Below are positions 52,270 to 64,000 of a DNA stretch of 64,000 bases, in pieces (the stretch's first letter is position 1; the number at the start of each line of letters is the position of its first letter). Origin of the DNA: Malacoraja senta. Taxonomy: Eukaryota. The DNA lies in the NCBI GenBank assembly GCA_038087875.1, contig CM075988.1:6946001-7010000 (forward strand). The letters are read 5' to 3'. The notes below the pieces were generated by a model. The model had not been told where the DNA came from. It saw only the letters and a list, made by a program, of their open reading frames with translations, and ran no database searches. The position numbers and the translations under genes are program-made.

Positions 52270-53330
52270 TGTAGATGTAGGTACCAACAACATAGGCAAG
52301 GCAAAGAACGAGGTAATGAATTGTCAGTATGAGGAGTTGGGCACTAAATTAAGAAGCAGAAGCCACTTGCAAACTGTCAATGTACAAATAACATTAGAGA
52401 AATTAATGTGGTTCATGGACTGATGGGGTACTGCATTAGTACTGGAGAAAGTAGGATCTGTTCTGTTAGAACAGTCTGCACCTGAAACATGCTGGAACCA
52501 ATTTTCAGGTGAAGTGCTTAACTAGGAAAGGGCGAGCAGTTGGAAAAGAACTCGAGTGGCTCGGTATTTAATGAATCCAAGTGCAACGAGAAGAATTACC
52601 TGAATTCACGAAACCGGAATATAGAAATAATTTTGGTGGAGAGGACCAGAAATCACCTAAAGGAGTTGTGTAGCCCCACCAAACACAAAATACAGGGTAA
52701 GACAAAGTAATGGCAGAAGTAATAGAAGCTTGTTAGAGAGTATGGCAACGATCATGGGGGATTTCGATTTACATTTACAATGAAATATCAAAATGGGCAA
52801 AGAAAGCCAAGATGAGGAGTTCATGGTTTTTACCGGATAATTTCTTAGAACAGCACATTCTGGAGCCATCATTCGAGCAGGCTATACTAGACCTGGTATT
52901 ATGCTATGAAAAATAAGATTAATTAATGATCTCATCTAGGACCTCATTATTTATTATGTCTTATAGTGAAGGAATGACAGCAATTACAATATAAATTAAT
53001 TTGACATTCAAATTAAGGGAGAGTACAATGGGTCTAAAACTGGCAAATTAGGTTAAGGAATCGATTAATAGAGAAGGAGTGCAGACATTTGAGGTGACTT
53101 TTTGGAATAAACCAAACATATGCAGTCCAATGAGAAAGATAAATTCCAAGCAGAGGGCTCACTGTCTGTGGTTAATTGGAAAAGTTAAAGTATATAATTG
53201 TGCAAAGATAGTGGTGACCAGAATATAAAAAGAAGCAAAGCATGTCTAAAAGATTAATAAGGAAGATAAAATGGAGTTCCAGACAAAGCTTGCCAGAAAT
53301 ATGAAAACAATGGTTCTGGAACCTTGCAAT
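52270..53330 (+). mobile_element. Highly decayed CR1 ORF1(esterase)-ORF2(endonuclease) remnant
   Basis: VDVGTNNIG (~52271, resembles SGNH block III HVGTND), IMGDF (~52751), AILDLVLC (~52881), in the expected order. Confidence 0.6.
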
Positions 53331-53439
53331 GCCAAATAAGGAGATAGCAACTAGAAAACTGCAGATGCTAGAAATCTGAACTGAAAACAGAAAATACTGG
53401 AAAATACTCTTGAGATCAATCAGAGAAATAACTGTTTTA

Positions 53440-53647
53440 ACCGAAGATGGACACAAAAAGCTGGAGTAACTCAGCGGAACAGGCAGCATCTCTGGAGAGA
53501 AGGAATGGGTGACGTTTCAGGTCGAGACCATTCTTCAGACCTGAAGACTGAGTCTGAAGGGTCTTGACCCGAAACGCCACCCATTCCTTCTCTCCAGAGA
53601 TGCTGCCTGTCCCAATGCATCAGTCCAGCATTTTGTGTCTATCTTTG
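53440..53647. repeat. Inverted pair of Penelope terminal repeats
   Basis: CAGCATCTCTGGAGAGAAGGAATGGGTG mirrored by CACCCATTCCTTCTCTCCAGAGATGCTG. Similar pairs near 7660-7850, 19240-19385, 43455-43680, 48505-48615 and 62678-62887. Confidence 0.8.
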
Positions 53648-54205
53648 GTGTGACAGTTGTCTCATTTCATCGGCTTCATGTATTGCGCGCATGGAAGAGA
53701 CGCTTTACATGCCGCTTGCATCTATTCATCCAAGTGTGCTCTTAATGAAATCTCACATCTTTGCGAGGGAGGGATGAAATGGATGTAACCACTGGCTAAA
53801 GCAAGGCCTTGTTAGGACAGGGAAATAATTCCACCACTTAATTAACCAGGTTCCCGAGTGTAAGAACTATTTATACATGTAACATTTTTGTTTATAAATC
53901 AATGTAACTCTTTTTTGATTTTTAATGCCGAGTTAAAACCCCGTCCTGTGGGAAGGGCTTGTGGCAGCTGGTTTTATAGTGCCTTCATTGTTGGTAGGCG
54001 CTGTCCTTTCACATGGACCGCTTACAACTTGGTGCTCGGGTTCAGAGCGCCCAGTCACCTATGGCGTGTGTGGGAAAATGACCCCCACCCTCCCATCTCC
54101 ACCGGCCAGTGATGTGATGGACGCTGGGGTCTGGACCAATCGCTGACAAGAAGCCCCCCCCCCTCGGCGACGTCATGTCCATTATTTGACTTTTCGGTTG
54201 AGCGG

Positions 54206-54480
54206 CCATTCGGTTAGTTGGCTTGTAGGCGACGCAGCCTTTCGGTTAGTTGGTGTTTCGGCAGAGCGACCTTTCGGTGAGTTTGCTTTTAGGTGACGCA
54301 GCCTTTCGGTTAGTGGGCTTTTAGGCGTCCCGCCCTTTCGGTTAGTTTGCATTTAGGTGTCCCACCCTTTCGGTTAGTTGGCATTTCGGCTTCGTACGCT
54401 TTAGGTTATTTGGCGTTTCGGCTTCGTTTCCGTTCGGTTATTTGGCTTCCACTTCTTTGCTTCGGCTTCTCATCCTTCGG
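54206..54480. repeat. Degenerate CpG-rich tandem array, ~15-16 bp subunits forming ~31-bp dimers
   Basis: Alternating TTTCGGTTAGTTGGC and TTTAGGCGACGCAGC-like units. Confidence 0.85.
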
Positions 54481-54853
54481 CGCCACGTCCGCACACGCTT
54501 GTACCCAATATAAAATTCTGGCACATAAGTCAAGTTAACGAACACAGTTAAGGTAAAACTCTGTTGTATGTCCAATACACTGCACCTTGATTTTGTAATA
54601 AACCATGTACAAACTATAATCAATAATCCAGCTATCGTCAAAGCAAGTTTTTGTAAATGAAAAACTCAATGTCAATTTTTAAAATATTCTTTTCTTCTTG
54701 GCACAGAAGCAAAGATTCTGCATGGCTTTTGAAGGCCTTACCTCTGTTTGCAGATACCTTGAATGATGTGCGTATAATCTGGTTGAATATTCTTCTATTC
54801 CATGAAAATACTAAGTAGATTTACATCCTTGAATTTTTTTTAATGTGACTGGT

Positions 54854-55160
54854 GGCGCACGGTGGCGCAGCGGTAGAGTTGCTGCCTTACAGCACTTGCA
54901 GCGCCGGAGACCCGGGTTCGATCCTGACTACGGGTGCTGTTTGTACAGAGTTTTACTTTCTCCCCGTGACCACGTGGGTTTTCTCCGAGATCTTCGGTTT
55001 CCTCCCACACTCCAAAGACATACAAGTTTGTAGGTTAATTGGCTTGGTGTATGTGTAAATTGTCCCTAGTAGTAGGATAGTGTTAATATGCAGGGATCAC
55101 TAGTCGGTGCGGACTCGATCGGCCTAAGGGCCTGTTTCCGTGCTGTATCTCTAAACTAAA
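54854..55160 (+). mobile_element. Full-length tRNA-derived V-SINE (HE1-like)
   Basis: A box TGGCGCAGCGG (54863), B box GGTTCGATCC (54915), V-domain GGTTTCCTCCCACACTCCAAAGAC, CR1-like tail AAGGGCCTGTTTCCGTGCTGTATCTCTAAA. Confidence 0.9.
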
Positions 55161-58100
55161 AAACTAAAGATTGCACTGCAGATGGTATTATGAGTCATCT
55201 GCTGTCCGTTTAGCACAACTATATCACAGATTCCTAAAGAGATTTGGCATATAAACATATCCTTTGGCCTACCGAGTGTTGTGAGTGGATGCGGAAGTGG
55301 AACATAGAACTAGTGTGAATGGGTGATCGAAGGTTTGCATAGACTCGATCTGCCAAAGGGTCTGTTTTAATGCTGTATCTTTAAACTAAAGAAGTAGGAG
55401 ACCCAGAAATAGTAAATTTGGAAGTAGATATGTAATGTTCTGCTAATTCATTGTTCAGTTATATACGGCAATAAAGGAGGATTGCTTCAACAATCATGAA
55501 TTAACTTCTGGATACAATTAGATGCGTATTCAATGATTGCTAATTAAATAGATTTCAGTTAGGGAAGTCTGATTTGGAATTTGCAGCCTTATCACAAGGA
55601 ATGCCGCACAATCTAAACTGAATGTTCTTTTATCTCAGGATGTGTACTTTTGCCTCAGGGCAAGTTCAACCATATGTTTCATAAATCTTCTTCAGCCCTT
55701 TATTTATAACATTTTGTTATATGCGCATCAGGAGTTTTGTCATTAAGGATGTGAATACTGTTTCTTCAAAAGGATACATTAAGTTTGTATCAACTAACTT
55801 CCTTTCTGTGTACAAGTACAAATGGCTTTGCTCCTCCACCCAGATATACAAATGCAGAGAAATGAACAATCATTGACATGAAACATTAACTCTTGTTTTT
55901 CTTTTCAGAGAGGAGGTCAGAGTATTTACAGCATGTTCTGTTTTTATTTTCATTAAGTTCTTAGTGGCTTTACCCATAGCTTGATCTTCCATTATTGTAT
56001 TGCAGGAAGCCTTTGTATTCCTTGTTTTAAAGTACTCCAAACACCCAACTTTGCTTTCTATAATCTGTGCACTTTTATTTATCAGTTTAGATTTCCTTGG
56101 GTTGGGAAATTTTCCTTTTCTTCACATTCCCGGAAACATATTTATTTTTAACAACCTTGCTTGAATTAGATCATGTTAACATTCCTATTCCCTCTACACC
56201 TGAACCTTAATTTCTACAATAATCTCACATTAGAGAAACCAGGCCTAGCGCAGTCAAGCATAGGCAACCGGTTTCTACAGCTCAATCTTCCCCCAAAATC
56301 TGAATCTTCTAGCTGGAAATTTTGGCTTGCAAGTACTAAACACATGATACAGTGACATTGGCTAGTTCTAGTCAGCTTCTTTGAAGTTAATGGAATTGTC
56401 GAAAGACTAAAGGTGCTATACGTGTTTGATGCAATGCAACAGAGATAAAAATTTCATGTGAGCCATAATATCCTGTCTCAACCAAAAGGTTCTGAAATAC
56501 ACTAAAAGAGTAACATGATTTTGGAACTCTTCTTAACTATTATATCATAATTGTTTACTTACTCAACCATGATTAAGTTACAAAAAAATCTGTTCAACGT
56601 TGTTCCTAAAGTCATTGACCTTGTTGCAATAATTAAATTTCAAAATTGAAATGGTAGTGGAATTCTGACTGCTATCCCTCATACTTTATTCTGACCCCAC
56701 CCCCCTCTTTCTAACCCAATATATAAATGATCTTTATTCTATTCGTAAAGGTCCAACAATGGAATGGTACCTTTGGAATGTGCATTCCAGAAATGCCTCC
56801 AACACCCAATCATCTAATGTCTACGGCTTTCAATAGGTGCTTTGTAATGAAGTGAATGCAAGTGTGTTGATTTTGAAGGACACACAAAGATAAAAACAGG
56901 ATTTTAAAAACATATACACCAATTACAGGTATCTTGCTATAGTCATAAAGCCACATTTTGCATAAATGTAACCATAAAAATTATAATTGATTATACTTTA
57001 TATAAAAATCCAAATGTTGAATGTAGCGGAAGCTGAATCTTGAATTAAAAACATAATAATCCAGTGTGATTATTTAGATTGTGTCTGTGAGCCCTTATCA
57101 TAATTTCAGTTGAAGGTGCAATTGGAAATTAGATTTTTTTTCACTGATTGTAAAATGAACTTCCAGGTGATCTACTTTCCCATCAGATTATATCAGTACA
57201 GAACAAGAGGACTCTATGTTTGATACTTTAACAATGTTCTCAGCAGCTGCTGTGCTATAATCGATTCACTTCGCTGGATAAAGGGCGGGGACATTTATTT
57301 GCAGTTTTTGATCCTACCCTCCTGTTCACTTCTCCCAATTAAAGATTGCATTAGTATGGATGCTACTATGATAAAATTATTTGGCTGCACCCCTCTACCA
57401 AATCATTGTAGAAAGTTTCTTACTGTCTAGACCCAAACATTAACAATTTTTTTTTACAGGGAGCCAAAAATGGACATCACCCATTTAAAGACCAGACATA
57501 TCAGAAATTGTATTATAAGGCATAAGGAGAAAACAGAAGATAAAATTAAAAGGTAAATGGTAAGAAAATATGATTCCAATTAGCCATCAGTATAAATTGA
57601 TTTGTTGGTCTCTGCCAGGTCATGAACTTCGTGAACGTTTCATAATCAGACAATTCTCAGAATGCACTGAAAGTTCAAACTTAGGTGGTCTGAAATACAA
57701 TCAATCCCCAGCAAAATGTACGCCAAAAGTATATTTCAAAATGATAGGGGGTCCAGCTGAAGTGCGATGAGATGGTGTTTTCTAATCACAAACACATAAT
57801 TATCCCAGTGTGAATGTCAATGCTGAAAGAGTTAAAGACCAAACAAGTGCGCAGTAAGTGCCCACACAGATCTGTGAGACCTCCAGTCTCTGCAAACTGA
57901 TTACACTATCTGAATATGACAGACTGGATCAACATGAACCCTGGTCAAGCGCGAGAATTTACGCCATCAATGCACAATACAGACTTTCTATAAGTCTCAC
58001 TTTGGAAATAATACAAGAAGTATGTCATTGTGAAAGGCGGACTGTTTAGAGTGGGCTATTGAAATGGTTTCTGTCTACGAGATGCAAAAACAAAGGAAGT

Positions 58101-58350
58101 TGTTTCATGGGGTGCCTTAGAAACTATTATATTTAACAAACAGAAACACAAATAAACACATTTAAAAAAAATGTCCCATGGCTTATTCAAAGTTTTCTTA
58201 CGCTAGATCTGCTCCAATGCTGAGATAACGACCTTAACAAGAGATCAGCAAGCGAAGCGAATAAATTTTGCAGCAGAAGAGATGCATGAAAATTGAACAA
58301 TACGTTACATTGTCATATTTATAAAAGATAGATTAAAATATCCATCCTAC

Positions 58351-58435
58351 CTGACAGTGCAAGAAGAAAAAATAAAATGTTGAGCAAGTGTGGAGTGGCG
58401 AAACCTCTTGAGAATACTTCCTTTTCTGCCTTCAT
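58351..58435 (-). CDS. HEPACAM: HEPACAM coding exon 1 (signal peptide MKAEKEVFSRGFATPHLLNILFFLLALS)
   Basis: ATG at 58435 in AAAATGA context, 85 nt, donor G|GTAGGA, phase 1. Joins exon 2 as G+CA=Ala. Basic N-terminus followed by a hydrophobic core. Confidence 0.9.
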
Positions 58436-58476
58436 TTTCGGACTAACTCTGGATCCTTCCTGATGATGATTTGCAT
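58432..58476 (-). promoter_or_regulatory. 14-codon upstream ORF whose stop overlaps the HEPACAM start (ATGA); begins with octamer ATGCAAAT
   Basis: Minus strand ATG CAA ATC ATC ATC AGG AAG GAT CCA GAG TTA GTC CGA AAA TGA. The TSS is unknown. Confidence 0.5.
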
Positions 58477-59071
58477 GATTTGTGCAAACAGGGCACGTCC
58501 TTAGTACCACTAGGAGTTTTCGACAGACCTCAGCTCTGCCAAGCTCCTGAATAGGATAGTGTTCTCTAATTTATTACCAAGCTTTCAGCACACAGAATCC
58601 ATGCCAACTTCAGCAGGGATGGGGAAACATAAAGATGGAGATCTTGTCCTTACCCTTTACAGAAGAATGGAACCTCTTGGGAAAACATGGAAACTGATAT
58701 TTGAACTCAAAGCCTTCTCCGGCCAATGCTTGATGTCCATTATCCATGAATGTTTTGACATGAATATTAACCATTCATTCCTGGGTTCTCAAGGAACACA
58801 TTAAATTTCCTGAAAAAGGGTCTCGACCCGAAACATCACCTATTCCTTTCTCGAGAGATGCTTCCTGACCCACTGAGTTACTCCAGCATTGTGTGTCAAC
58901 CTTTGTTGTAAACCAACACCTACAGTTCCTTCTTACACATTCAATTTTCTCCCTAATTTATCCAACCTTTTCTCAGAGAAATAGTTTCCCCCTTTGGAAC
59001 CATACATCATACTGACCCATACCTTCATAGAATCATAGAAAATTTGCAATACTGGATGCTTAGCACCCACC

Positions 59072-59470
59072 ATGTCAGTCGTCGTGGCTATCCCTCGAGA
59101 CCGAGGATGATGGTCTACGTTCTGTTGTTTTTATGGACTCTCAGGTGGCTTATGAGTCCAATCCTGGCTTTGAAAGTTCTTCGACATTCAGGACAGGTTA
59201 TTCCAGATGGCAGATCGGGCTTCGGTTGTTGCTGCCTCTCTTTCCGTTTTCTTATTTTTTCTTCTAATTCTGTGCATCTCTTGGCTCCAAAGGTCGCTGT
59301 TCCTTCTTGGATAATGGTTCGCCAGAGTTTCCCCCTTAGATCCAGCACACTTAAGACGATGTTGGATCTCGTCAGCAAGGTCGATATTGGAGGAGAGGTG
59401 ACTTCCAAGGTACGGAAAGTGATCCACATTTTCCAGGGTTGTTTCACCAAGTTGAATTGACGATTCTTTC
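59072..59470 (-). mobile_element. RTE (BovB-like) LINE 3' fragment with internal deletion
   Basis: LENVDHFPYLGSHLS...EIQHRL joined directly to the C-terminal CPECRRTFKARIGLISHLRVH zinc motif; short tail with CTCG/CGAG stem. Confidence 0.85.
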
Positions 59471-59571
59471 CGATTTCCCACCATGTGCATATTGGTTAAT
59501 ATAGTGATTCGAGCAATAGGATCCTTCCACAATAGGTCACTGCAGATTATTTTATTACAGATTATTACCCT

Positions 59572-62328
59572 AGGTCACTCCAAGATGGCGTCGCGTGCAC
59601 AACGCGAGGCTCTGCGTCTCTGTAGTTTTTGTAATTTAGTTATTTTTCTGTTAATAATTACCTTAGTTTTCGCCCGGAGCACCCGAGCGAAGACTCTATA
59701 CGGCCGTCAGGAGCTATTAGAGCTCGGCCGTCTCTGCGTTACGAGTCCCAGAAGCGACTTTCAACTGCCGCCGGAGATCGCCAGGACACCGTGGTCTAGC
59801 GGGCCAGCTCCCCCGACAGGAAGTGCCCTGAGGCGGCGCAGGGACCGCAAACAAAGACGTGGGAAGCGGGGAGGACATCTAGCTAGGCTGAAATTAAATC
59901 CTCACCAGCCAGCTCTGCCCAGCATTTTCCTCGCGAATGTCCGGTCCCTGGTGAGTAAAATCGATGAACTAAGGCTGCGGATCACCACACACAGACGGAT
60001 CGCCGACTGCAACGCCATGGTCTTTACTGAAACATGGCTCAACGGCAACATCCCGGACAACGCCATCGAGCTGGAGGGGCGCACTGTCTTCAGGGCCGAC
60101 AGAACAGCGGAGGGCTCCGGTAAGACCAAGGGCGGCGGACTGTGCATCTATGTGAATAACACATGGTGCACGGACGTTGTTAGGATTGGTAGTCACTGCT
60201 CTGCTGACCTGGAATACCTGATGTTAAAGTGCAGGCCCTTCTATTTGCCCAGAGAATTCACATCGACTGTTATCACGGCAGTCTATGTACCCCCGAACGC
60301 TAATGCCAGGCTAGCAATGGAAGAGCTGCAAGCTGCTATCAGCAAACATCTATCTGCTCACCCTGAGGGGGCATTTATTGTTGCGGGTGATTTCAACCAC
60401 TCCGACCTTAAAACTGTACTCCCCAGGTTCCATCAGCATGTTTCCTGCCCAACCAGAGGAAACAATATTCTGGACTTAGTTTACACTAATATTACTGAAG
60501 CCTACAAAGCCCTCCCCCTCCCCCACCTTGGTCAGTCTGACCACCTCTCTCTGTTCCTGCTCCCCAAATACACACCTCTGATCAGACGTGTGAAACCTAC
60601 CACGAGGACAGTGAAGGTCTGGCCTGAGGGGGCTGTCTCTGTTTTACAGCAGCAGTTTCAGCAGACAGACTGGAGTCTGTTTGCTACTCAGTCCACCTTC
60701 AATTCACAAGTGGACATCAACTCATACACCTCAACAGTTATGGACTATATAAAATTCTGCACCGATAATGTCACTACCCACAAAGAAATAAAGACCTTCC
60801 CTAACCAGAAGCCGTGGATGAGCAGGGAGGTCAGACTTCTACTGAAGGCTCGCGATGCCGCTTTCAGATCTGGCGACGCTGAGGGATACAGCTCATCCAG
60901 GGCCAATCTGAAAATGGGAATTAGGAATGCCAAACTCAATCACAAACGGCGGATTGAGGAGCACTTCCAAAACAACTCTGACCCCAGGCGCATGTGGCAA
61001 GGAATCAAATCCCTTGCCGATTACCAGAAAGTTAACACCCCTCCCCCAGACAACGCCACCCTTCCTGACGAACTAAACCATTTCTATGCTCGCTTTGACC
61101 GGGATAACAAAACCCCAGCCATCAAAGTTGCTCCACCCCCAAATGAACAACCCCTCAGTCTCTCCACCTCTGCTGTACAAGATGCACTGAGCAAGGTGAA
61201 TGAGCGCAAAGCTGCCGGCCCCGATGGCATCCCTGGCCGGGTGCTTAGGGCATGTGCTGGACAACTATCCCCAGTCTTTACCGACATTTTCAATCTCTCA
61301 CTGGCCCAGGGTGTTGTCCCCACTTGCCTCAAGACATCAACCATCGTGCCAGTGCCCAAACAGTCAGCCACAGGGAGCCTCAACGATTTCCGCCCAGTGG
61401 CACTCACCCCTGTCATTGCTAAGTGCTTTGAGCGGCTGATCTTGGCTCACCTCAAAGCCAGCTACTCCCTCTTCACCCACGACTGCATCCCTAAGTACGG
61501 ATCCAACGCCATCATTAAGTTTGCTGACGACACCACGGTGATAGGACTGATCAGTGACAACGATGAGTCAGCCTACAGAGAGGAGGTCCAGCACCTGACA
61601 ACCTGGTGTGCCAACAATAACCTCGTCCTCAACTCCAAGAAGACGAAGGAAATTATTGTCGACTTCAGGAAGGTCAGAGGGGGCAGACATACCCCCATCC
61701 ATATAAACGGGACTGAGGTGGAGCGCGTCTCCAGCTACAAATTCCTCGGGGTACACATCTCGGAGGATTTGTCCTGGTCCCTCAACACCTCCAAGCTGAT
61801 CAAAAAGGCACAGCAGCGCCTTTACTTCCTGAGGAGGCTCAAGAAAGCCCACCTGTCCCCCCAGATCCTGACCAACTTCTACAGGTGTACCATCGAGAGC
61901 ATCCTGACCACCTGCTTCACGGTATGGTACAGCAGCTGCACTGTTGCGGACAGGAAGGCACTACAACGGGTGGTGAAAACCGCGCAGCACATCATCGGTG
62001 CCCCACTCCCTGCCATGGATGCCCTCCACCGAAAACGGTGTCTGAAACGGGCTGGGAAGATCATTAAAGACCCCTCCCACCCCAACCATGGACTGTTTGC
62101 CCTCCTCCCATGCTGAACTCGGAGTCCCGCCGATAGATTCCTCCGGTCCCTCCGTCCCCATTGTTAATTATTCTGTATTTTTGATTATTCTGTATCCTCT
62201 TTTTTTTTAAATTTCTATATTGCACTACTACTACGGACTGACGCAAAACTGCATTTCGTTGTACCCATACTCAGTATTTGTGCAATGACATTAAAGTTGA
62301 ATTGAATTGAATTGAATTGAATTGAATT
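59572..62328 (+). mobile_element. Near-full-length Rex1/Babar-type LINE (APE + RT) with internal deletions, (AATTG)n tail
   Basis: ORF from ATG 59585: ANVRSL, FTETWL, GGGLCIYVN, AGDFN, SDH (APE); KAAGPDGIP, DFRPVALT, KFADD, KAQQRLYFLRRLKK (RT/C-terminus); tail ATGACATTAAAG(TTGAA)n. Confidence 0.9.
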
Positions 62329-63214
62329 AAGTTTACTTCCAACTACTATATAAATGTATGTGTTTCTCTCTATACCATTCTTTTATTGGATGAAATAAAT
62401 ATTTTCTCATCTCCCCTCAAATCCTTCTACCAATTACTTTAAATCTTTGCCTTTGATATTTGTCCCCTCAACAACAGAAAATTCTATTTTAGACCCTCTT
62501 TACAGTACCTCTCAGTTAAATCCCCACTCAGCATTATCTGTTCCAAAGAAGACATGCTTAGCGTATCTATCCTTTCCCATAACCTTTGCAGGGTTTTGAT
62601 TCGAAATGTTGACTATCCCTCTAACTTCCGAGACGCTGCCTGACCCGCTGAGTTCCCCCAGCTGTTTGTTTGTTGCGAAGGTAGACACAAAATGTTGGAG
62701 TAACTCAATGGGACAGGCAACATCTCTGGAGAGAAGGAATGGATAACGTTTCGGGTCGAGACCCTTCTTCAGAATAGGAAACATCACCCATTCCTTCTCT
62801 CCAGAGATGCTGCCTGTCCCGCTGAGTTACTCCAGCATTTTGAGTCTAGCTTTGATTTAAACCAGCATCTGCAGTTCTTTCCTACACTGTTTGCTGCTCA
62901 TGTTTCCAACATCTGCTGCCTCTTGTGCCACCTCTCCCTTAACTAGTTTGCTATGCTAGCAACATCCTCATAAATCTCCTCTGTGTCGTCGAGTGTTTCA
63001 AATAATATGGTGATCAGAACAGTACACTGTACTCAATTGCGATCAATCTATCATGGTATGGAGTTCTGGTATCACTTCCCAGTTCTTTTTATCCTCCATA
63101 AGACTTTTTAACCACTTTGTTGACCCTTCATACAACAGGACTTACGTCAAAGATCCCTTTGCTTTATGCTCAACAACCCCCATTTTACTATCATACCAGT
63201 AAATCTCTTCAGAA

Positions 63215-63492
63215 CCTGATTCTATCAACTGACATCTATCATAAACCTACTGAATCCCACAGCTATCTAGACTACACTTCCTCCCACCCTGCCTCCTGCA
63301 AAGACTCTACCCCCCTACTCCCAATTCCTCCGTCTACGCTGCATCTGCGCCCAAGATGGGGTGTTCCATAACAGGACATCTGAGATGTCCTCATTCCTTC
63401 GGGATCAGGGCTTCCCCTCGTCCATCATAGATGAGGCCCTCACAAGGGTCTCCTCGATATCTCGCTGCTCCGCTCTTGCTTCTCCTCCCCCA
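63215..63492 (+). mobile_element. Degenerate Penelope-like RT-thumb fragment
   Basis: TDIYHKPTESHSYLDYTSSHPASCKDS, closely similar to 40115-40350. Confidence 0.88.
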
Positions 63493-64000
63493 GTCAACAA
63501 ACTATTAGCACATCTGAAACAAATGTGAGCATACCACAGGATACGCATGTCAAAGTTATGGTCTTGTCTGTATTCATTTCACAAACATTATGAAAGAATA
63601 AGTAAGCACAATTTACTTTTCAATTCATATTCCTAGAAGCAAGCACAGATAATGTAGCATTGTGATGCAGACAGTTTTAATGGACATAATCTCCATTAAC
63701 ACACTTTTTTCTTTTAATATATTTAAGAAACTTTAGCTATAAACTTTAATTAGCCAAAAGAAAACTTTTGACATTTTTACACATCTGACTTTTTTATAGC
63801 TCTCCTGGCCTGCTGCTTTTCTACTTATTCTTGCGATTCATCCAACATTTTCAGCATTATGTCCTCTTCATTGGCAATAGTTGCATAACTCTGCACATTA
63901 TTTCTTATCCTTTTTGGAGTCGGTCTATAGGAAAGATGCCTTTAAGCTGGGAAAAATGCAGAGAAAATTTTCGATATTGCCAAACTCAAGGGCCTGAGCT

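Noticed and set aside
54206..54480. Repeat-spacer appearance suggestive of CRISPR
   Set aside because: Vertebrate DNA, repeats too short and degenerate, 'spacers' related to each other, no cas genes.
54854..54935. tRNA gene (A and B boxes)
   Set aside because: It is the head of a multi-copy SINE that continues into the V-domain and CR1-like tail, with no proper acceptor stem or terminator.

Overview
Eukaryotic (vertebrate) genomic DNA. The repeat landscape (HER1/CR1 LINEs, HE1/V-SINE-type tRNA SINEs, Penelope termini) points to a cartilaginous fish, probably a skate or ray (inference). The window holds the complete coding sequence of one protein-coding gene, HEPACAM/GlialCAM, on the minus strand. 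It has 7 coding exons (58435-58351, 25184-24843, 23107-22826, 20633-20540, 19121-19048, 14489-14413, 10998-10708), all GT-AG and phase-consistent, giving 1245 nt / 414 aa, with a 33 kb first intron. Almost everything else is transposon-derived: CR1, L1/Tx1, L2, RTE and Rex1/Babar LINEs, a Penelope-like element, V-SINEs, Harbinger-like MITEs and a compound non-autonomous Helitron. The most interesting signal is catalytic-RNA-like. A ~400 bp non-coding RTE-derived element begins with a complete HDV-like double-pseudoknot ribozyme fold (45429-45574). More than 20 loci carry Penelope terminal repeats with a minimal hammerhead core, many as fold-back palindromes with their own target-site duplications, one just past the HEPACAM stop codon. 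No database searches or folding computations were run; family names come from recognised motifs.
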